Shown here in pieces: positions 10,068 through 19,898 of a stretch of 64,000 bases of DNA. The DNA comes from Candidatus Eiseniibacteriota bacterium (GTDB lineage Bacteria; Eisenbacteria; RBG-16-71-46), in contig OY970178.1 of assembly GCA_963707915.1 (NCBI GenBank), forward strand, positions 3,321,599-3,385,598, read 5' to 3'. A program made the translations under genes and the position numbers. The notes beneath the pieces were generated by a model. The model was given only the letters and a program-made list of their open reading frames with translations, searched no databases and was not told the DNA's origin. Numbering within the stretch: the stretch's first letter is position 1; each line of letters opens with the position of its first letter.

Positions 10068-10532
10068 ATGATGCAGGCAATCGCGTTCCAGTTGAACGGC
10101 AAGCCCACCCGCCTCGAGGTCGACGGCGAGCGCAAGCTGCTGTGGGTCCTGCGCGGCGACCTGGGGCTCACCGGCACGAAGTTCGGCTGCGGGGAGAGCC
10201 TGTGCGGCGCCTGCACCGTGGTGGTGGACCGGGAGCCGGTGCGCTCCTGCCAGCTCTCGATGGCCGACGTGCGCGGCAAGGAGGTCACCACGATCGAAGG
10301 CCTGGCGCGGGACGGGAAGCTCCACCCGCTCCAGGAGATGTTCGTCGAGCACGGCGGGATGCAGTGCGGCTTCTGCACTTCCGGCATGATCATGAACGCC
10401 TACGGCATGCTGCTGCAGAACCCGAAGCTCACGCGCGAGCAGATCGTGGCGGGCATGGACGACAACCTGTGCCGCTGCGCCGCCCACCAGCGCATCCTCC
10501 ACTCGATCGAAGCAGTGGCCGGAAGGAAGTGA
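10068..10532 (+). CDS. (2Fe-2S)-binding small subunit of a xanthine dehydrogenase/aldehyde oxidase-family enzyme (IorA-like)
   Basis: 'GCGESLCGACTV' and 'QCGFCTSGMIM...NLCRCAAHQRI' cluster motifs; GGAGGAG RBS. Confidence 0.85.
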   Translation: MMQAIAFQLNGKPTRLEVDGERKLLWVLRGDLGLTGTKFGCGESLCGACTVVVDREPVRSCQLSMADVRGKEVTTIEGLARDGKLHPLQEMFVEHGGMQCGFCTSGMIMNAYGMLLQNPKLTREQIVAGMDDNLCRCAAHQRILHSIEAVAGRK

Positions 10533-10540
10533 GGCGGACC

Positions 10541-12691
10541 ATGAGAGACACCGGATACGGGCTCGAGGCGCCGGATCGTCGGAACCCGCGGCCATCGCTC
10601 GACCGCCGGGAGTTCATGAAGCTGGTCGGCGCCGGGATCGTCGTCTGCTTCACCATCGCGGACTGGTCGGTGCTCGAGGCCCAGGGGCAGCGGCGCGAGT
10701 ACCCCGCGGACTTCAACGCCTACCTGCGCATCGGCGAAGACGGCCGCGTGACCGTCTTCTCCGGGAAGATCGAGATGGGACAGGGCGTGATCACCTCGCT
10801 GGCCCAGATGGCCGCCGAGGAGCTGGGCGTCGCCGTGGAGTCCATCGACATGGTCATGGGCGACACGCAGAGCTGCCCGTGGGACATGGGCACGTTCGGT
10901 TCGATGAGCACGCGCTTCTTCGGTCCCGCGCTGCGCGGGGCGGCGGCCGAGGCGCGGGCGGTGCTGCTCGAGCTGGCGGCGGAACGGCTCCAGGTCGCGG
11001 CGAAGGAGCTGGCGGTGGCGAACGGCGTCGTCTTCCTCGCCCGGGACCGGAGCCGGCGGGTGACCTTCGGCCAGCTGGCCCGGGGGAAGTCGATCGCGCG
11101 TCACCTGACCGGCAAGCCGGCCCTGCGCCCGCTCGCCGAGTTCACGGTGAGCGGCCGGTCGGTGCGGCGCACGGACGCGCTCGCCAAGGTGACCGGCCAG
11201 GCGAAGTACGCCGGCGACATCCGCGTGCCGGGCATGCTCTACGCCCGGATCCTGCGCCCGCCGGCGCACGGCGCGACCCTGAAGCGCGTGGACACCTCCG
11301 CGGCCGCGGCGCTCCCCGGGGTCACCGTCGTGAACCAGGACGGCATGGTCGCGGTGCTGCACGCGGACCCCGAACAGGCCGCGAAGGCGCTCGCCGTAGT
11401 CAGGGCCGATTTCGACCTGCCTGCGGCCACGGTGGACACCGAGACGATCTTCGACCACCTCCTGCAGGTGGCGCCGCCGCCCCAGGAACGGGACCGCAAG
11501 GGCGACCTGGCCGCGGGGGAGAAGGCCTCGGTCGCGCGGTTCGAGCACCGCTACGAGAACGGCTACGGCGCGCACGCGCCGATGGAGCCCCACGCCGCGC
11601 TGGCCAGCTTCGAAGGCGGCAGGGTGACCGTCTGGGCCGCGACGCAGACCCCGTTCCCCAACCAGCAGCAGATCGCGGACGCCCTCGGTCTGGCGCTCGA
11701 GGACGTGCGCGTCATCACGCCGTTCGTCGGCGGCGGGTTCGGCGGCAAGAGCAGCACGGGGCTCCAGTCGATCGAGGCGGCGCGCCTGTCGCGCATCGCC
11801 GGCAAGCCCGTGCAGGTCGCGTGGACCCGTGCCGAGGAGTTCTTCTACGACGCGTTCCGGCCGGCGGCCGTCGTCAAGATCAAGTCGGGCATGGACGGCG
11901 CGGGGCGGATCGTGCTGTGGGACTACGAGGTGTACTTCGCCGGCGCGCGCAGCGCCGAGCCGTTCTACGACGTGCCCAACCACCTGGTGCGCGCCTACGG
12001 CCAGTGGGGGCGGGACACGACCGGGGCGCACCTCTTCGCCACCGGGCCGTGGCGGGCGCCGGGCGCCAACATCAACGTGTTCGCGCGCGAGTCGCAGATC
12101 GACATCATGGCCGCCCGGGCGAAGCGCGATCCGCTCGAGTTCCGCCTGGCCAACACCTCCGACCCGCGCATGCGCAGCGTGCTGCAGGAGGCCGCCGCGA
12201 AGTTCGGCTGGAAGCCGGCGCCGGGCCCGAGCGGCCGCGGCTACGGCATCGCCTGCGGGATCGACGCGGGCACCTACGTGGCGCTGATCGCCGAGGTGGC
12301 GGTGGACAAGGCCACCGGCGGCGTCCAGGTGAAGCGCGTCGTCTGCGCGCAGGACATGGGCCAGGTCATCAATCCCGACGGCGCGAAGATGCAGATGGAA
12401 GGCTGCATCACCATGGGCCTCGGCTACGCGCTCTCCGAGGAGCTCCGCTTCAAGGGTGGCGAGATCCTCGACCGGAACTTCGACACCTACGAACTGCCGC
12501 GCTTCTCCTGGCTGCCCGAGATCGAAACGGTGCTGGTGAAGAACGACGGACTCGCGCCGCAGGGCGGCGGCGAGCCCGCACTGGTCCCGGTGGGCGCGGT
12601 CATCGCCAACGCCGTCTGCGATGCGACCGGTGCGCGCCTGTTCCGGATGCCGCTGACGGCGGCGAGCGTGAAGCGGGCGCTGACGGGCTAG
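10541..12691 (+). CDS. Molybdopterin-binding large subunit (IorB-like), Tat-type leader
   Basis: 'RREFMKLVGAGIVV' twin-arginine-like leader; 'IEMGQGVITSLAQMAAEELGV', 'GGGFGGKS' and 'GEPALVPVGAVIANAV' motifs. Confidence 0.85.
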   Translation: MRDTGYGLEAPDRRNPRPSLDRREFMKLVGAGIVVCFTIADWSVLEAQGQRREYPADFNAYLRIGEDGRVTVFSGKIEMGQGVITSLAQMAAEELGVAVESIDMVMGDTQSCPWDMGTFGSMSTRFFGPALRGAAAEARAVLLELAAERLQVAAKELAVANGVVFLARDRSRRVTFGQLARGKSIARHLTGKPALRPLAEFTVSGRSVRRTDALAKVTGQAKYAGDIRVPGMLYARILRPPAHGATLKRVDTSAAAALPGVTVVNQDGMVAVLHADPEQAAKALAVVRADFDLPAATVDTETIFDHLLQVAPPPQERDRKGDLAAGEKASVARFEHRYENGYGAHAPMEPHAALASFEGGRVTVWAATQTPFPNQQQIADALGLALEDVRVITPFVGGGFGGKSSTGLQSIEAARLSRIAGKPVQVAWTRAEEFFYDAFRPAAVVKIKSGMDGAGRIVLWDYEVYFAGARSAEPFYDVPNHLVRAYGQWGRDTTGAHLFATGPWRAPGANINVFARESQIDIMAARAKRDPLEFRLANTSDPRMRSVLQEAAAKFGWKPAPGPSGRGYGIACGIDAGTYVALIAEVAVDKATGGVQVKRVVCAQDMGQVINPDGAKMQMEGCITMGLGYALSEELRFKGGEILDRNFDTYELPRFSWLPEIETVLVKNDGLAPQGGGEPALVPVGAVIANAVCDATGARLFRMPLTAASVKRALTG

Positions 12692-12795
12692 CGGAGCGGG
12701 AGACGGACGCGGGGGGCTCGTGTAGTCTGGGCCGATCCCGCATCCCCGCGCGTGGCCGCCGACGGATCACGATCCCTCAATCAGGAGCCACCCCC

Positions 12796-15747
12796 ATGAG
12801 CCTCCCGAAGCTGCTTGCGCTGGTCGGCCTGCTCGCGACCCTCGGCGCGGCGGGCGCACCGCCCGCCGGCGCCGACGCCTTCCGCCCGGACGGTCGCTAC
12901 GATGCGCGCGTCCCCGCGCCGGCAGCGGTGCTGGGCTTCGAGCCCGGCGACCAGCCCGCGCGCTACGAGGCGGTGCTGCGCTACGCCGAGGCGCTGGCCG
13001 CCGCGAGCCCCAACGTGCGGCTCCAGCGCTACGCGCGCTCCCACGAGGGCCGCGACCTGTTCGTCATCGTGGTCTCGAGCGCGGCCAACCTCGCGCGCCT
13101 CGACGGCATCCGCGCCGACCTCGCCCGGCTCGCCGACCCGCGGCCGCCGCTGGCGCCCGAGGCGCTGCAGGCGCTGATCGAGCGCACGCCGGCGGTCGCC
13201 TACCTGGCGTACGCCATCCACGGCGACGAGCTGTCGAGCACCGACGCCGCCCTGCGCGTGGCCTACGAGCTGGCGGCGGGCGAGAACGACGACACGCAGG
13301 CGCTGCGCGAGAACCTGGTGGTGCTCGTCGACCCGATGGAGAACCCCGACGGGCGCGAGCGCATGCTCGGGATGATCACCGCCTACGAGGGTCGGGTGCC
13401 CAACCCGGATCCCGACGCGCTGTCGCACAGCGGCTTCTGGCCGTTCGGCCGCGGCAACCACTACCTGTTCGACCTCAACCGCGACTGGTTCGCGCTCGTC
13501 CACCCCGAGAGCCGCGGGCGGGCCGGCATCCTGCGCGCCTGGCGGCCGCAGCTGGCGGTGGACAGCCACGAGATGGGCCTCGAGAGCACCTACCTGTTCA
13601 GCCCGCCGCGCGATCCGTTCAACCCCAACCTGCCGGGCAAGGCGCGGGAGTGGTCGGAGCGCTTCGCCGCCGACCAGGCGCGGGCCTTCGACCGTCACGG
13701 CTGGAGCTACTTCACCCGCGAGTGGAACGAGGAGATCTATCCCGGCTACGGCTCGTCCATCGCCGCCTACCAGGGCGCGGTCGGCATCCTCTACGAGCAG
13801 AGCGGCACCGACGGGCAGCCGATCCGCAAGCCCTCGGGCCGGGTGGTGAGCTACGAGGAGACCGTGGCCCACCAGTACACCAGCTCGATGGCCAACCTGG
13901 CCACCGCCGCCACGCACCGCCGGGAGCTGCTGCGCTCGTGGCGCGACGCCCGCGCCGAGGCCGTGACCCGCGGCGCCCGCGGCAACGCGCGCGCCTTCTA
14001 CATCGTCCCGCGCCCCGACCCGGCGCGCGCCGAGCGGCTCGCCACCCGGCTGGCATCGCTCGGGGTGGAGGTGGAGCGGCTCGACGCGCCGGGGTCGCTG
14101 CAGGGCGCGCGGTCGCTGTGGGACGACGCCGTGCACGGGGCGGCCCTTCCCGCCGGCACGTTCCGCGTGCGGCTCGACCAGCCCGACGGGTTGCTGGCGC
14201 GGGCGGTGCTCGAGCCGCACACCCCGATGCCCGACTCGTCGCTGGCCGAGGAGCGCGAGCACCTCGAGCGCCAGAAGGAGACGCGCGTCTACGACGTGAC
14301 CGCGTGGTCGCCGCTGCTGGCCTCGGGGCTCGAGGCGTGGTGGACGCCGGCGCTCGACGGCCTGCGCTGGACGCGCGTCGTGCCCGACCAGGCCGCCGCG
14401 CCGCCGGCCGGCGGGATCGCGGCCGGGCCCGCGACCTACGGCTGGCTGTTCGACGGCGGCACCGACGCCGCGCTGGTGCTGGCCGCGCGGCTCTCCGCGG
14501 CCGGCTTCGCGGTGCGCGCCGGCGAGAAGCCGCTGACCGTCAGCGCGCGCGTGCTCCCGCGCGGCAGCTTCCTGCTGCGCGCCGAGGAGAACCCGCCCGC
14601 GGCCGCCGAGTCGCTGCAGGCCATGGCCGCGCGGACCGAGGTGGCCGTGACGCCGGTGGCGAGCGCGCGGATCCCCGACGGCCCGGACCTAGGCGGCGAC
14701 ACCTGGCAACTGCTGCAGCCGGCGCGGATCGCCCTCCTCGCGGGCGCCTCGCTCGACGGCAGCAGCCTCGGCTGGGCCTGGAACCTGATCGACCGCGAGT
14801 CGGCCCTGCGGGTGAGCCTGCTCGACGTCGGCCGCGTCGCGAGCACCGACCTCGCGCGCTACAACGTGGTGGTGATGCCGAACTCGCGCGGCGGGGGCGA
14901 GGCCTACCGGCGCGCGCTCGGCGCGGCCGGCCTGCGCGCGCTGCGGAAGTGGGTCGACGACGGCGGCACGCTCGTCGCCCTCAACGGCGGGGCGGAGTTC
15001 GTGGCCGAGGATTCGACCCGGCTCGGCTCGGTGCGCCTGCGCTCGCAGGCGCTCAAGGACTTTCCGCCCGCCCTGCTCGGGCTCCCGGAGGCCGCGGTGC
15101 GCGGCCTCGAGCGCATGCAGGGCATGGGCCTCGGGCCGGCCGGCCGGGCGGTCAACTCGTGGGGGCTCTACGAGGGCATGGACCGGGCCCGCGCGCTCGG
15201 CATCCCGGGGCCCGGCGCCCCGCTGCTCGGTCCCGGCGCGCGGGCCTGGCTCGGGATCGCGAAGGCGGCGCCGCTTTCACCCGCCGCGCAGGACACCGCC
15301 GCTCGCAAGGATGCGAAGGGGCCGAGCGACGAGGAGCGGCAGAAGGCGCTGGCCAGGGCCGACGCGCGCCTGCGGCGCTTCATGCCGAGCGGTGCGATCC
15401 TGCGCGTGGACCTCGACCCCGAGCACTGGCTGTCCTACGGCTGCGGCGACCGCGCGGCCGCGCTGATGAGCGGCGACGACGCGCTGCTCGCACGCGACCC
15501 GGCGATGACCGCGGGACGCTTCGCCGCGCCCGAGGTGCTGCAGCTCGGCGGGCTGCTGTGGCCCGAGGCCGCCGGGCGCATCGCGCAGACGGCCTACCTC
15601 ACGCGCGAGGCTTCCGGCCGGGGTCAGGTCATCCTGTTCGCGAACGACCCCAATTTCCGCGGCTACTTCTGGGGGACGGAACGGCTGTTCCTGAACGCCG
15701 TGCTGCTCGGCCCGGGCCTGGGGGCGGCGCACACGATCCCGTGGTGA
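12796..15747 (+). CDS. M14-family zinc carboxypeptidase-like protein (large, secreted)
   Basis: AGGAG RBS, signal peptide, 'YAIHGDELSSTDA' (HxxE zinc motif), 'VDPMENPDGRER'. The 1622-aa track ORF is an upstream read-through of this frame. Confidence 0.7.
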   Translation: MSLPKLLALVGLLATLGAAGAPPAGADAFRPDGRYDARVPAPAAVLGFEPGDQPARYEAVLRYAEALAAASPNVRLQRYARSHEGRDLFVIVVSSAANLARLDGIRADLARLADPRPPLAPEALQALIERTPAVAYLAYAIHGDELSSTDAALRVAYELAAGENDDTQALRENLVVLVDPMENPDGRERMLGMITAYEGRVPNPDPDALSHSGFWPFGRGNHYLFDLNRDWFALVHPESRGRAGILRAWRPQLAVDSHEMGLESTYLFSPPRDPFNPNLPGKAREWSERFAADQARAFDRHGWSYFTREWNEEIYPGYGSSIAAYQGAVGILYEQSGTDGQPIRKPSGRVVSYEETVAHQYTSSMANLATAATHRRELLRSWRDARAEAVTRGARGNARAFYIVPRPDPARAERLATRLASLGVEVERLDAPGSLQGARSLWDDAVHGAALPAGTFRVRLDQPDGLLARAVLEPHTPMPDSSLAEEREHLERQKETRVYDVTAWSPLLASGLEAWWTPALDGLRWTRVVPDQAAAPPAGGIAAGPATYGWLFDGGTDAALVLAARLSAAGFAVRAGEKPLTVSARVLPRGSFLLRAEENPPAAAESLQAMAARTEVAVTPVASARIPDGPDLGGDTWQLLQPARIALLAGASLDGSSLGWAWNLIDRESALRVSLLDVGRVASTDLARYNVVVMPNSRGGGEAYRRALGAAGLRALRKWVDDGGTLVALNGGAEFVAEDSTRLGSVRLRSQALKDFPPALLGLPEAAVRGLERMQGMGLGPAGRAVNSWGLYEGMDRARALGIPGPGAPLLGPGARAWLGIAKAAPLSPAAQDTAARKDAKGPSDEERQKALARADARLRRFMPSGAILRVDLDPEHWLSYGCGDRAAALMSGDDALLARDPAMTAGRFAAPEVLQLGGLLWPEAAGRIAQTAYLTREASGRGQVILFANDPNFRGYFWGTERLFLNAVLLGPGLGAAHTIPW

Positions 15748-16099
15748 GGGGGGCGTCATCGTGCGCGGACGAGGCTGAAGCCCCCGCCGGCCCTGGCAGG
15801 GGCTCCGCGCAACGCTCGATGCGGCGCCGACGGAAGACGCCAGCTTGGGGGATGCCCGCGACCGAGCCCCATGATTATGCGGACTCGATCGTCCTGGCGC
15901 AATACCCGCGTTTCGCTGGCCTGGACGGCCCATGGACCGCGTCGCGAAGATGCGAGATGGTCGTGGGATGCAGGGTCCTGTGCCTGGCCGCGACGCAGCC
16001 GGGGTCAAGCACCCCGCCGAGGAGTGGCCAGGTACAGGACCCTGCAGACCGCGGTCAGGTCGCTTTCGCAGCAGCGGGTCATGAATCGTCCAGGTTAGC

Positions 16100-16326
16100 T
16101 CTCGGTTCCTGTAGATCTGCTTCTTGACTTGTTCCTTCTTCAAGCTGCCGAAGAAGGACTCCGCCACCGCGTCGTCCCGGCAGTTCCCCTTCCGGCTCAT
16201 ACTCGGCTCAATGCGATGGGAGCGACAGAATCGCCGCCCTGCATCGCTCCCGAACCGGTTGCCCTGATCGGAATGAATCAACGAATTGGTCAAAGCGGGT
16301 TGACGAAACCTCTCCAAGTCGTGCAT
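16100..16326 (-). pseudogene. IS3-family transposase (rve core) fragment
   Basis: 'LIHSDQGNRFGS...SMSRKGNCRDDAVAESFFGSLKKE' is the DDE-core C-terminal signature. The N-terminal two thirds and the true C-terminus are absent. It is truncated at the tRNA-like repeat. Confidence 0.6.
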
Positions 16327-16333
16327 CTACGCG

Positions 16334-16375
16334 GGCGGAGAGGTGCTGGAGCGGTTGAACAGGACGGTCTCGAAA
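16334..16375 (+). repeat. 42-bp direct repeat, copy 1: 5' half of a tRNA-Ser(CGA)-like gene up to the anticodon loop (att-like)
   Basis: GGAGAGG-TG-CTG-GAGCGGTTGAA-CAG-G-ACGGT-CTCGAAA fits the acceptor, D-arm and anticodon stem/loop. The 3' anticodon stem (ACCGT) is absent. Identical to 19610-19651. Confidence 0.65.
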
Positions 16376-16662
16376 TCTGGAGACCGACATTCTGAGGCAA
16401 TCAAAGAGCGAGCGAGCTAGTAGGCATCGCCTGATGTAGTTAGCAGGGGCCCCAGGGAGTTAGAGATCCTTGGGGCCCTTGTCGTCTGTGGACGCCAGAG
16501 GACGGTGGAGGACGCGTTAGGACGCTGAGACCGTAGCCAAACCGTAGCCACGGCTGAAGCCGTGCTTGTGGGCGGCTGGAGCCGTGGACACGACAGCAAC
16601 GCGTCCGCTAGGGTGTGTCGGGAAGTGATCGGTGCAGGCCATGACCAAGTGCAGGGGTGCCC

Positions 16663-17973
16663 ATGATCATCGAACCGGGTTCGGCAGTCTCGCGGCTGTC
16701 AATCACCAGAATTCAGGTCAAGAGCCTTTTTGGCCTCTATGACTACGACCTCAGCTCTGAGCCGAGCTTCTTCGAGGACGCGTCGCGTCTGGTGATTCTG
16801 TACGGTGACAACGGATCCGGCAAGACAACATTGCTCAAACTGATCTTCCACCTGCTTTCGGCAGCAGAGAACCGAGGCCACAGGTCGGCGCTAGCGAGAA
16901 CTCCATTCAGACTGTTCAGTCTTACATTGGGCGGCGATCTGACGATAAGCGTGGAGAAGACCGAAGAAAGCCTGACTGGTTCATATGTACTGACGGTCCG
17001 TCGAGGCCCTGAGGCGGAGCTAGAGGTGCCTGTGGCCGTCGACCCTGAGGGAGTGGTTAGGCAGGGCACAGAGCTATACAGCAAGTACATCGAACGCCTC
17101 GGGATTGCACTACAGTACTTGTCGGATGACAGGAAGCCGATATCGGGCGACACAGAGGACCAAGACTCAGAATACATGGAGTACCGGCGCAGGTTGGTTC
17201 TCCACTCTCAGCCTGCGATCCGTGACGTCGGGGATGTGTTGACGGCCGCCATTAAGAAGCTTGAGTCGTGGTTCAGGGGCCAGGCGCTTCGTGGGTCGAG
17301 TCGGGGCGAGTTAGACTCGAATGCAATTTACGCGGAGGTTGCCCGGCGAATCGCTCGGGCAGACGACCCGAATCGCCCTGCCGACACGGACGCCATGACG
17401 TTGATTGAGCGATTGGAGAGCCTCGAAGTCAGGAGCGAGGCTTTCGCTGCGTTCGGGCTGCTAAGCAGACTCGACGCTGCTCCAATCATAGAGAGCTTGC
17501 GGGGGAGTGGGGCGCATAGTGGGCTCATCGCGAGAGTGGTTGGACCCTACCTAGACGGCGTCGAAGCACGCATGACAGCACTGCAAGAAGTTCAAGTGTT
17601 GGCGAACAGATTCGTGACGCATCTGTCACAGTACTTATCAGACAAGACGGTCTCATTCACCTTGCGTGATGGCCTGGTGATTCGGTCCACGACGGGGAGA
17701 GTGCTGGAGCCGGAACATCTGTCCTCCGGTGAACGACAATTGCTTCTGCTCTGCTGCGACACAATAGTTGTCCGAGACGAGCCGACACTTGTGATCATTG
17801 ATGAGCCAGAACTGTCGCTGAACATCAAGTGGCAACAGCAGTTGCTTGAGACGTTGCTTGACCTTACAAGAAGCGCTCCAGTGCAATTTGTAATTGCTAC
17901 GCATTCTGCAGAGGTCATGGGCGAGCATAGGGAGAGTGTGCGTCATCTCGTCGCCACGCACAAAGAGGTGTGA
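16663..17973 (+). CDS. ariA: ABC/AAA15-type ATPase, PARIS AriA-like
   Basis: Walker A 'GDNGSGKTTLLK', ABC signature 'LSSGERQLLLL', Walker B 'LVIIDEPELSL', H-loop 'ATHS'. Immediately followed by a DUF4435-like gene. Confidence 0.6.
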   Translation: MIIEPGSAVSRLSITRIQVKSLFGLYDYDLSSEPSFFEDASRLVILYGDNGSGKTTLLKLIFHLLSAAENRGHRSALARTPFRLFSLTLGGDLTISVEKTEESLTGSYVLTVRRGPEAELEVPVAVDPEGVVRQGTELYSKYIERLGIALQYLSDDRKPISGDTEDQDSEYMEYRRRLVLHSQPAIRDVGDVLTAAIKKLESWFRGQALRGSSRGELDSNAIYAEVARRIARADDPNRPADTDAMTLIERLESLEVRSEAFAAFGLLSRLDAAPIIESLRGSGAHSGLIARVVGPYLDGVEARMTALQEVQVLANRFVTHLSQYLSDKTVSFTLRDGLVIRSTTGRVLEPEHLSSGERQLLLLCCDTIVVRDEPTLVIIDEPELSLNIKWQQQLLETLLDLTRSAPVQFVIATHSAEVMGEHRESVRHLVATHKEV

Positions 17974-17979
17974 TAGAAG

Positions 17980-18858
17980 ATGAATGGCGCTGCTCGGCAG
18001 AGCCTGGCCGGAATCGTAGCGAAGTACGAGCTGGAACCAACGCTACGCGAGGTCTACGTCGAGGGCTGTTGCGACAGGCGCGTGTTGCGATGGGTCTTGA
18101 ATGAAGTAGGACTGTCGCGCGTGCGCGTGTACGAGGTTGACCAAGTGGAGGTGCCGGCAGGGACGGTTCTGGCGCTGGGGTTGGCGGACAACATGCGTGG
18201 GCGGGTGATTGCGCTGGCGGGCGAGCTTGACCGACTGTCGGATGTTGACCTTCGTGGACGTGTTGTGTGCTGGGCGGACCGCGATCTCGATTCGATCTTG
18301 AATGTTGAGCACTCGTGCGGCCTGGTGCTGTTGACGGATTATCCAGCGATGGAGTCGTACTGCCTTACTGAGCGAACGCTAGGGAAGGTGGTGGCGGTCA
18401 CGTTTGCGATTGCTGGCCTCGGGGGAGCGGACGTTGCCGAGGGTATTGGGGACGTGATGAAGGAGATGTTCCTAATACGGGCGGCGAGCGCAAGTTTGAG
18501 CACGGCGTGGCGGATAGTCAGTTGTGTGGGTCAATGCGGACTGGTCGGGACGCGCATCGCATTCCGCCGGGGAGAGTATGTCCGTGTGTTGCTCGACGCG
18601 AATCAGGCGAGGCAGGACGAGGAGTTGCTTGAAGATGAAGTGGAGCGGCTGAGGGATAGATTGGGTGAGGACCGGAGGGAGTGGGCGCACGGGCATGACC
18701 TTGTGCGGCTGCTCAGATGGTATCTAAGGCACTGGAACGCTGAACTCGGGAGAGTCTCGGAGAGCGTCTTTGGTGGCGCTTTGTTGGGCGCTGTGGAACG
18801 CGCAGATCTCCTTGATGAGCAGGCGTTTCGGGAGCTGGTTAGACGGTTGACGCAGTAA
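17980..18858 (+). CDS. ariB: DUF4435/TOPRIM-like nuclease, PARIS AriB-like
   Basis: 'YVEGCCDRRVL' (TOPRIM Glu), 'CWADRDLD' (DxD), 'LLTDYPAMESYCL'. A 6-nt gap separates it from the ATPase gene. Confidence 0.55.
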   Translation: MNGAARQSLAGIVAKYELEPTLREVYVEGCCDRRVLRWVLNEVGLSRVRVYEVDQVEVPAGTVLALGLADNMRGRVIALAGELDRLSDVDLRGRVVCWADRDLDSILNVEHSCGLVLLTDYPAMESYCLTERTLGKVVAVTFAIAGLGGADVAEGIGDVMKEMFLIRAASASLSTAWRIVSCVGQCGLVGTRIAFRRGEYVRVLLDANQARQDEELLEDEVERLRDRLGEDRREWAHGHDLVRLLRWYLRHWNAELGRVSESVFGGALLGAVERADLLDEQAFRELVRRLTQ

Positions 18859-19609
18859 GGTGTGAGCTTGACAGGATCTAGGTCAAGTGATTGGATGTCG
18901 CTGCCGCAATCCGCGCAATCTCGTTTCACTAGGAATGAGCCGAGTCCAGGGCTCCACCAGACGCGCTGCGGCGCGTAGTCCCGCGTGGGCGGGCGGTGTG
19001 TCGTAAAGAGGGGCGGAGCGGCACGGAGGGCGCCAATGCGTGCCCTGGGAGGCGGTAGGGGGAGGGTGGCGGGCCGATAGGCGGGGTGATTCCCCGCCGG
19101 TTCATCCACTAGCGCAGATCGAAGGGCAGGACTCTGCCTCGTTGGCCAGTTGCCAGCGGGGCTATCGGCGTTGGTGTCGGCGGGCTGCCCGCTGGCCGCT
19201 GGGGCCGGGGTGCCCTTCCGGGCGACGGGGTCGGTCGCCCCCTTGGTCTGTTGGTGTCTGGCTGTGCGGTTGGAGCCGGATGGCTGGGCTCTCAGCTGGA
19301 TGGTCGGGCGCACGCGCAGACGGCCATCATGGGGCTGATGTTCCTCCTCGTCGTCATTGGGGGCATGGGACTGCTGGCAGCCGCGTACTTGGCAGTGCGA
19401 GGTGCCTTCCGAAACTCGTCGTATGACCCCGAAGCGGTCCGACTCGCGGACGAGGAGAAGCTAGCGGTCCGCGAGGGTTCTGACGGCGGCTAGGGTGGCG
19501 AGGCTGAGAGGTAGGCGCAGGGGAGGACAGTAGCCAAGACCGTAGCCAAAACCGTAGCCACTCGGCTGCGGGCACTTGCACGGCGGCCCGTAAGTCGTGT
19601 AGAAACAGA

Positions 19610-19651
19610 GGCGGAGAGGTGCTGGAGCGGTTGAACAGGACGGTCTCGAAA
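19610..19651 (+). repeat. 42-bp direct repeat, copy 2: tRNA-Ser(CGA) 5' half (att-like)
   Basis: Identical to 16334-16375. Diverges right after CTCGAAA. Confidence 0.65.
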
Positions 19652-19862
19652 GCCGCTCGGAGATCAATCGCCTCCCAACCTGGGAAGTCCGCCAGCAGCA
19701 CCTATTTGCTTGTGGCCTCAGCGAGTTACGCGCGCTGGGGCCGGTTTGTTTTCATGGCCTGGAGTGGTCACGAAGGGCCACGAGAGGACTTTCACGGGGT
19801 CACAAAGGGGTCACCTTGCGGCCAGGCTTGGGGGGCGGTCATCGACTCCGGTTGTCTGTCAT

Positions 19863-19892
19863 TTGCTGTCATTTGGTGTCGTGTGGTATCAT
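19863..19892 (+). promoter_or_regulatory. Possible sigma70-like promoter giving a leaderless helicase mRNA; tandem 10-mer operator-like repeat just upstream
   Basis: TTGCTG, 18 nt, TATCAT, ending 6 nt before ATG 19899. CTGTCATTTG occurs twice in tandem at 19856-19875. Confidence 0.25.
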
Positions 19893-19898
19893 GGTCCC

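Noticed and set aside
10879-15747. 1622-aa plus-strand ORF spanning the molybdoenzyme and peptidase genes; likewise the 980-aa minus-strand ORF at 5640-8582 and many 100-500-aa ORFs antisense to real genes.
   Set aside because: These are typical stop-poor alternative frames in about 70% GC DNA, with Arg/Pro/Gly/Ala-rich low-complexity translations. The real genes in the other frames carry clear motifs, RBSs and signal peptides.
15748-16099. Short ORFs and a possible gene between the M14 peptidase and the IS3 relic; also the full 349-aa minus-strand ORF at 15277-16326.
   Set aside because: Only residues encoded at 16100-16326 resemble a transposase. The remainder of the long ORF runs antisense through the peptidase gene end and is low-complexity.
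16334-16420. A complete tRNA-Ser gene.
   Set aside because: Only the acceptor 5' strand, D-arm and anticodon stem/loop are present. The complementary anticodon stem (ACCGT), variable arm and T-arm are missing after both copies.
19251-19493. 80-aa ORF with one hydrophobic helix between PARIS and the second tRNA-half repeat; other ORFs at 18.9-19.6 kb.
   Set aside because: There is no RBS or homologue-like motif. The region is overlapped by equally long ORFs in other frames, so there is not enough support to annotate it.
16500-19570. CCGTAGCCA-containing repeats as a CRISPR array or minisatellite.
   Set aside because: There are only two loci, each with two adjacent 9-mers, and no regular repeat-spacer periodicity. 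No CRISPR-like array was seen anywhere in the window.
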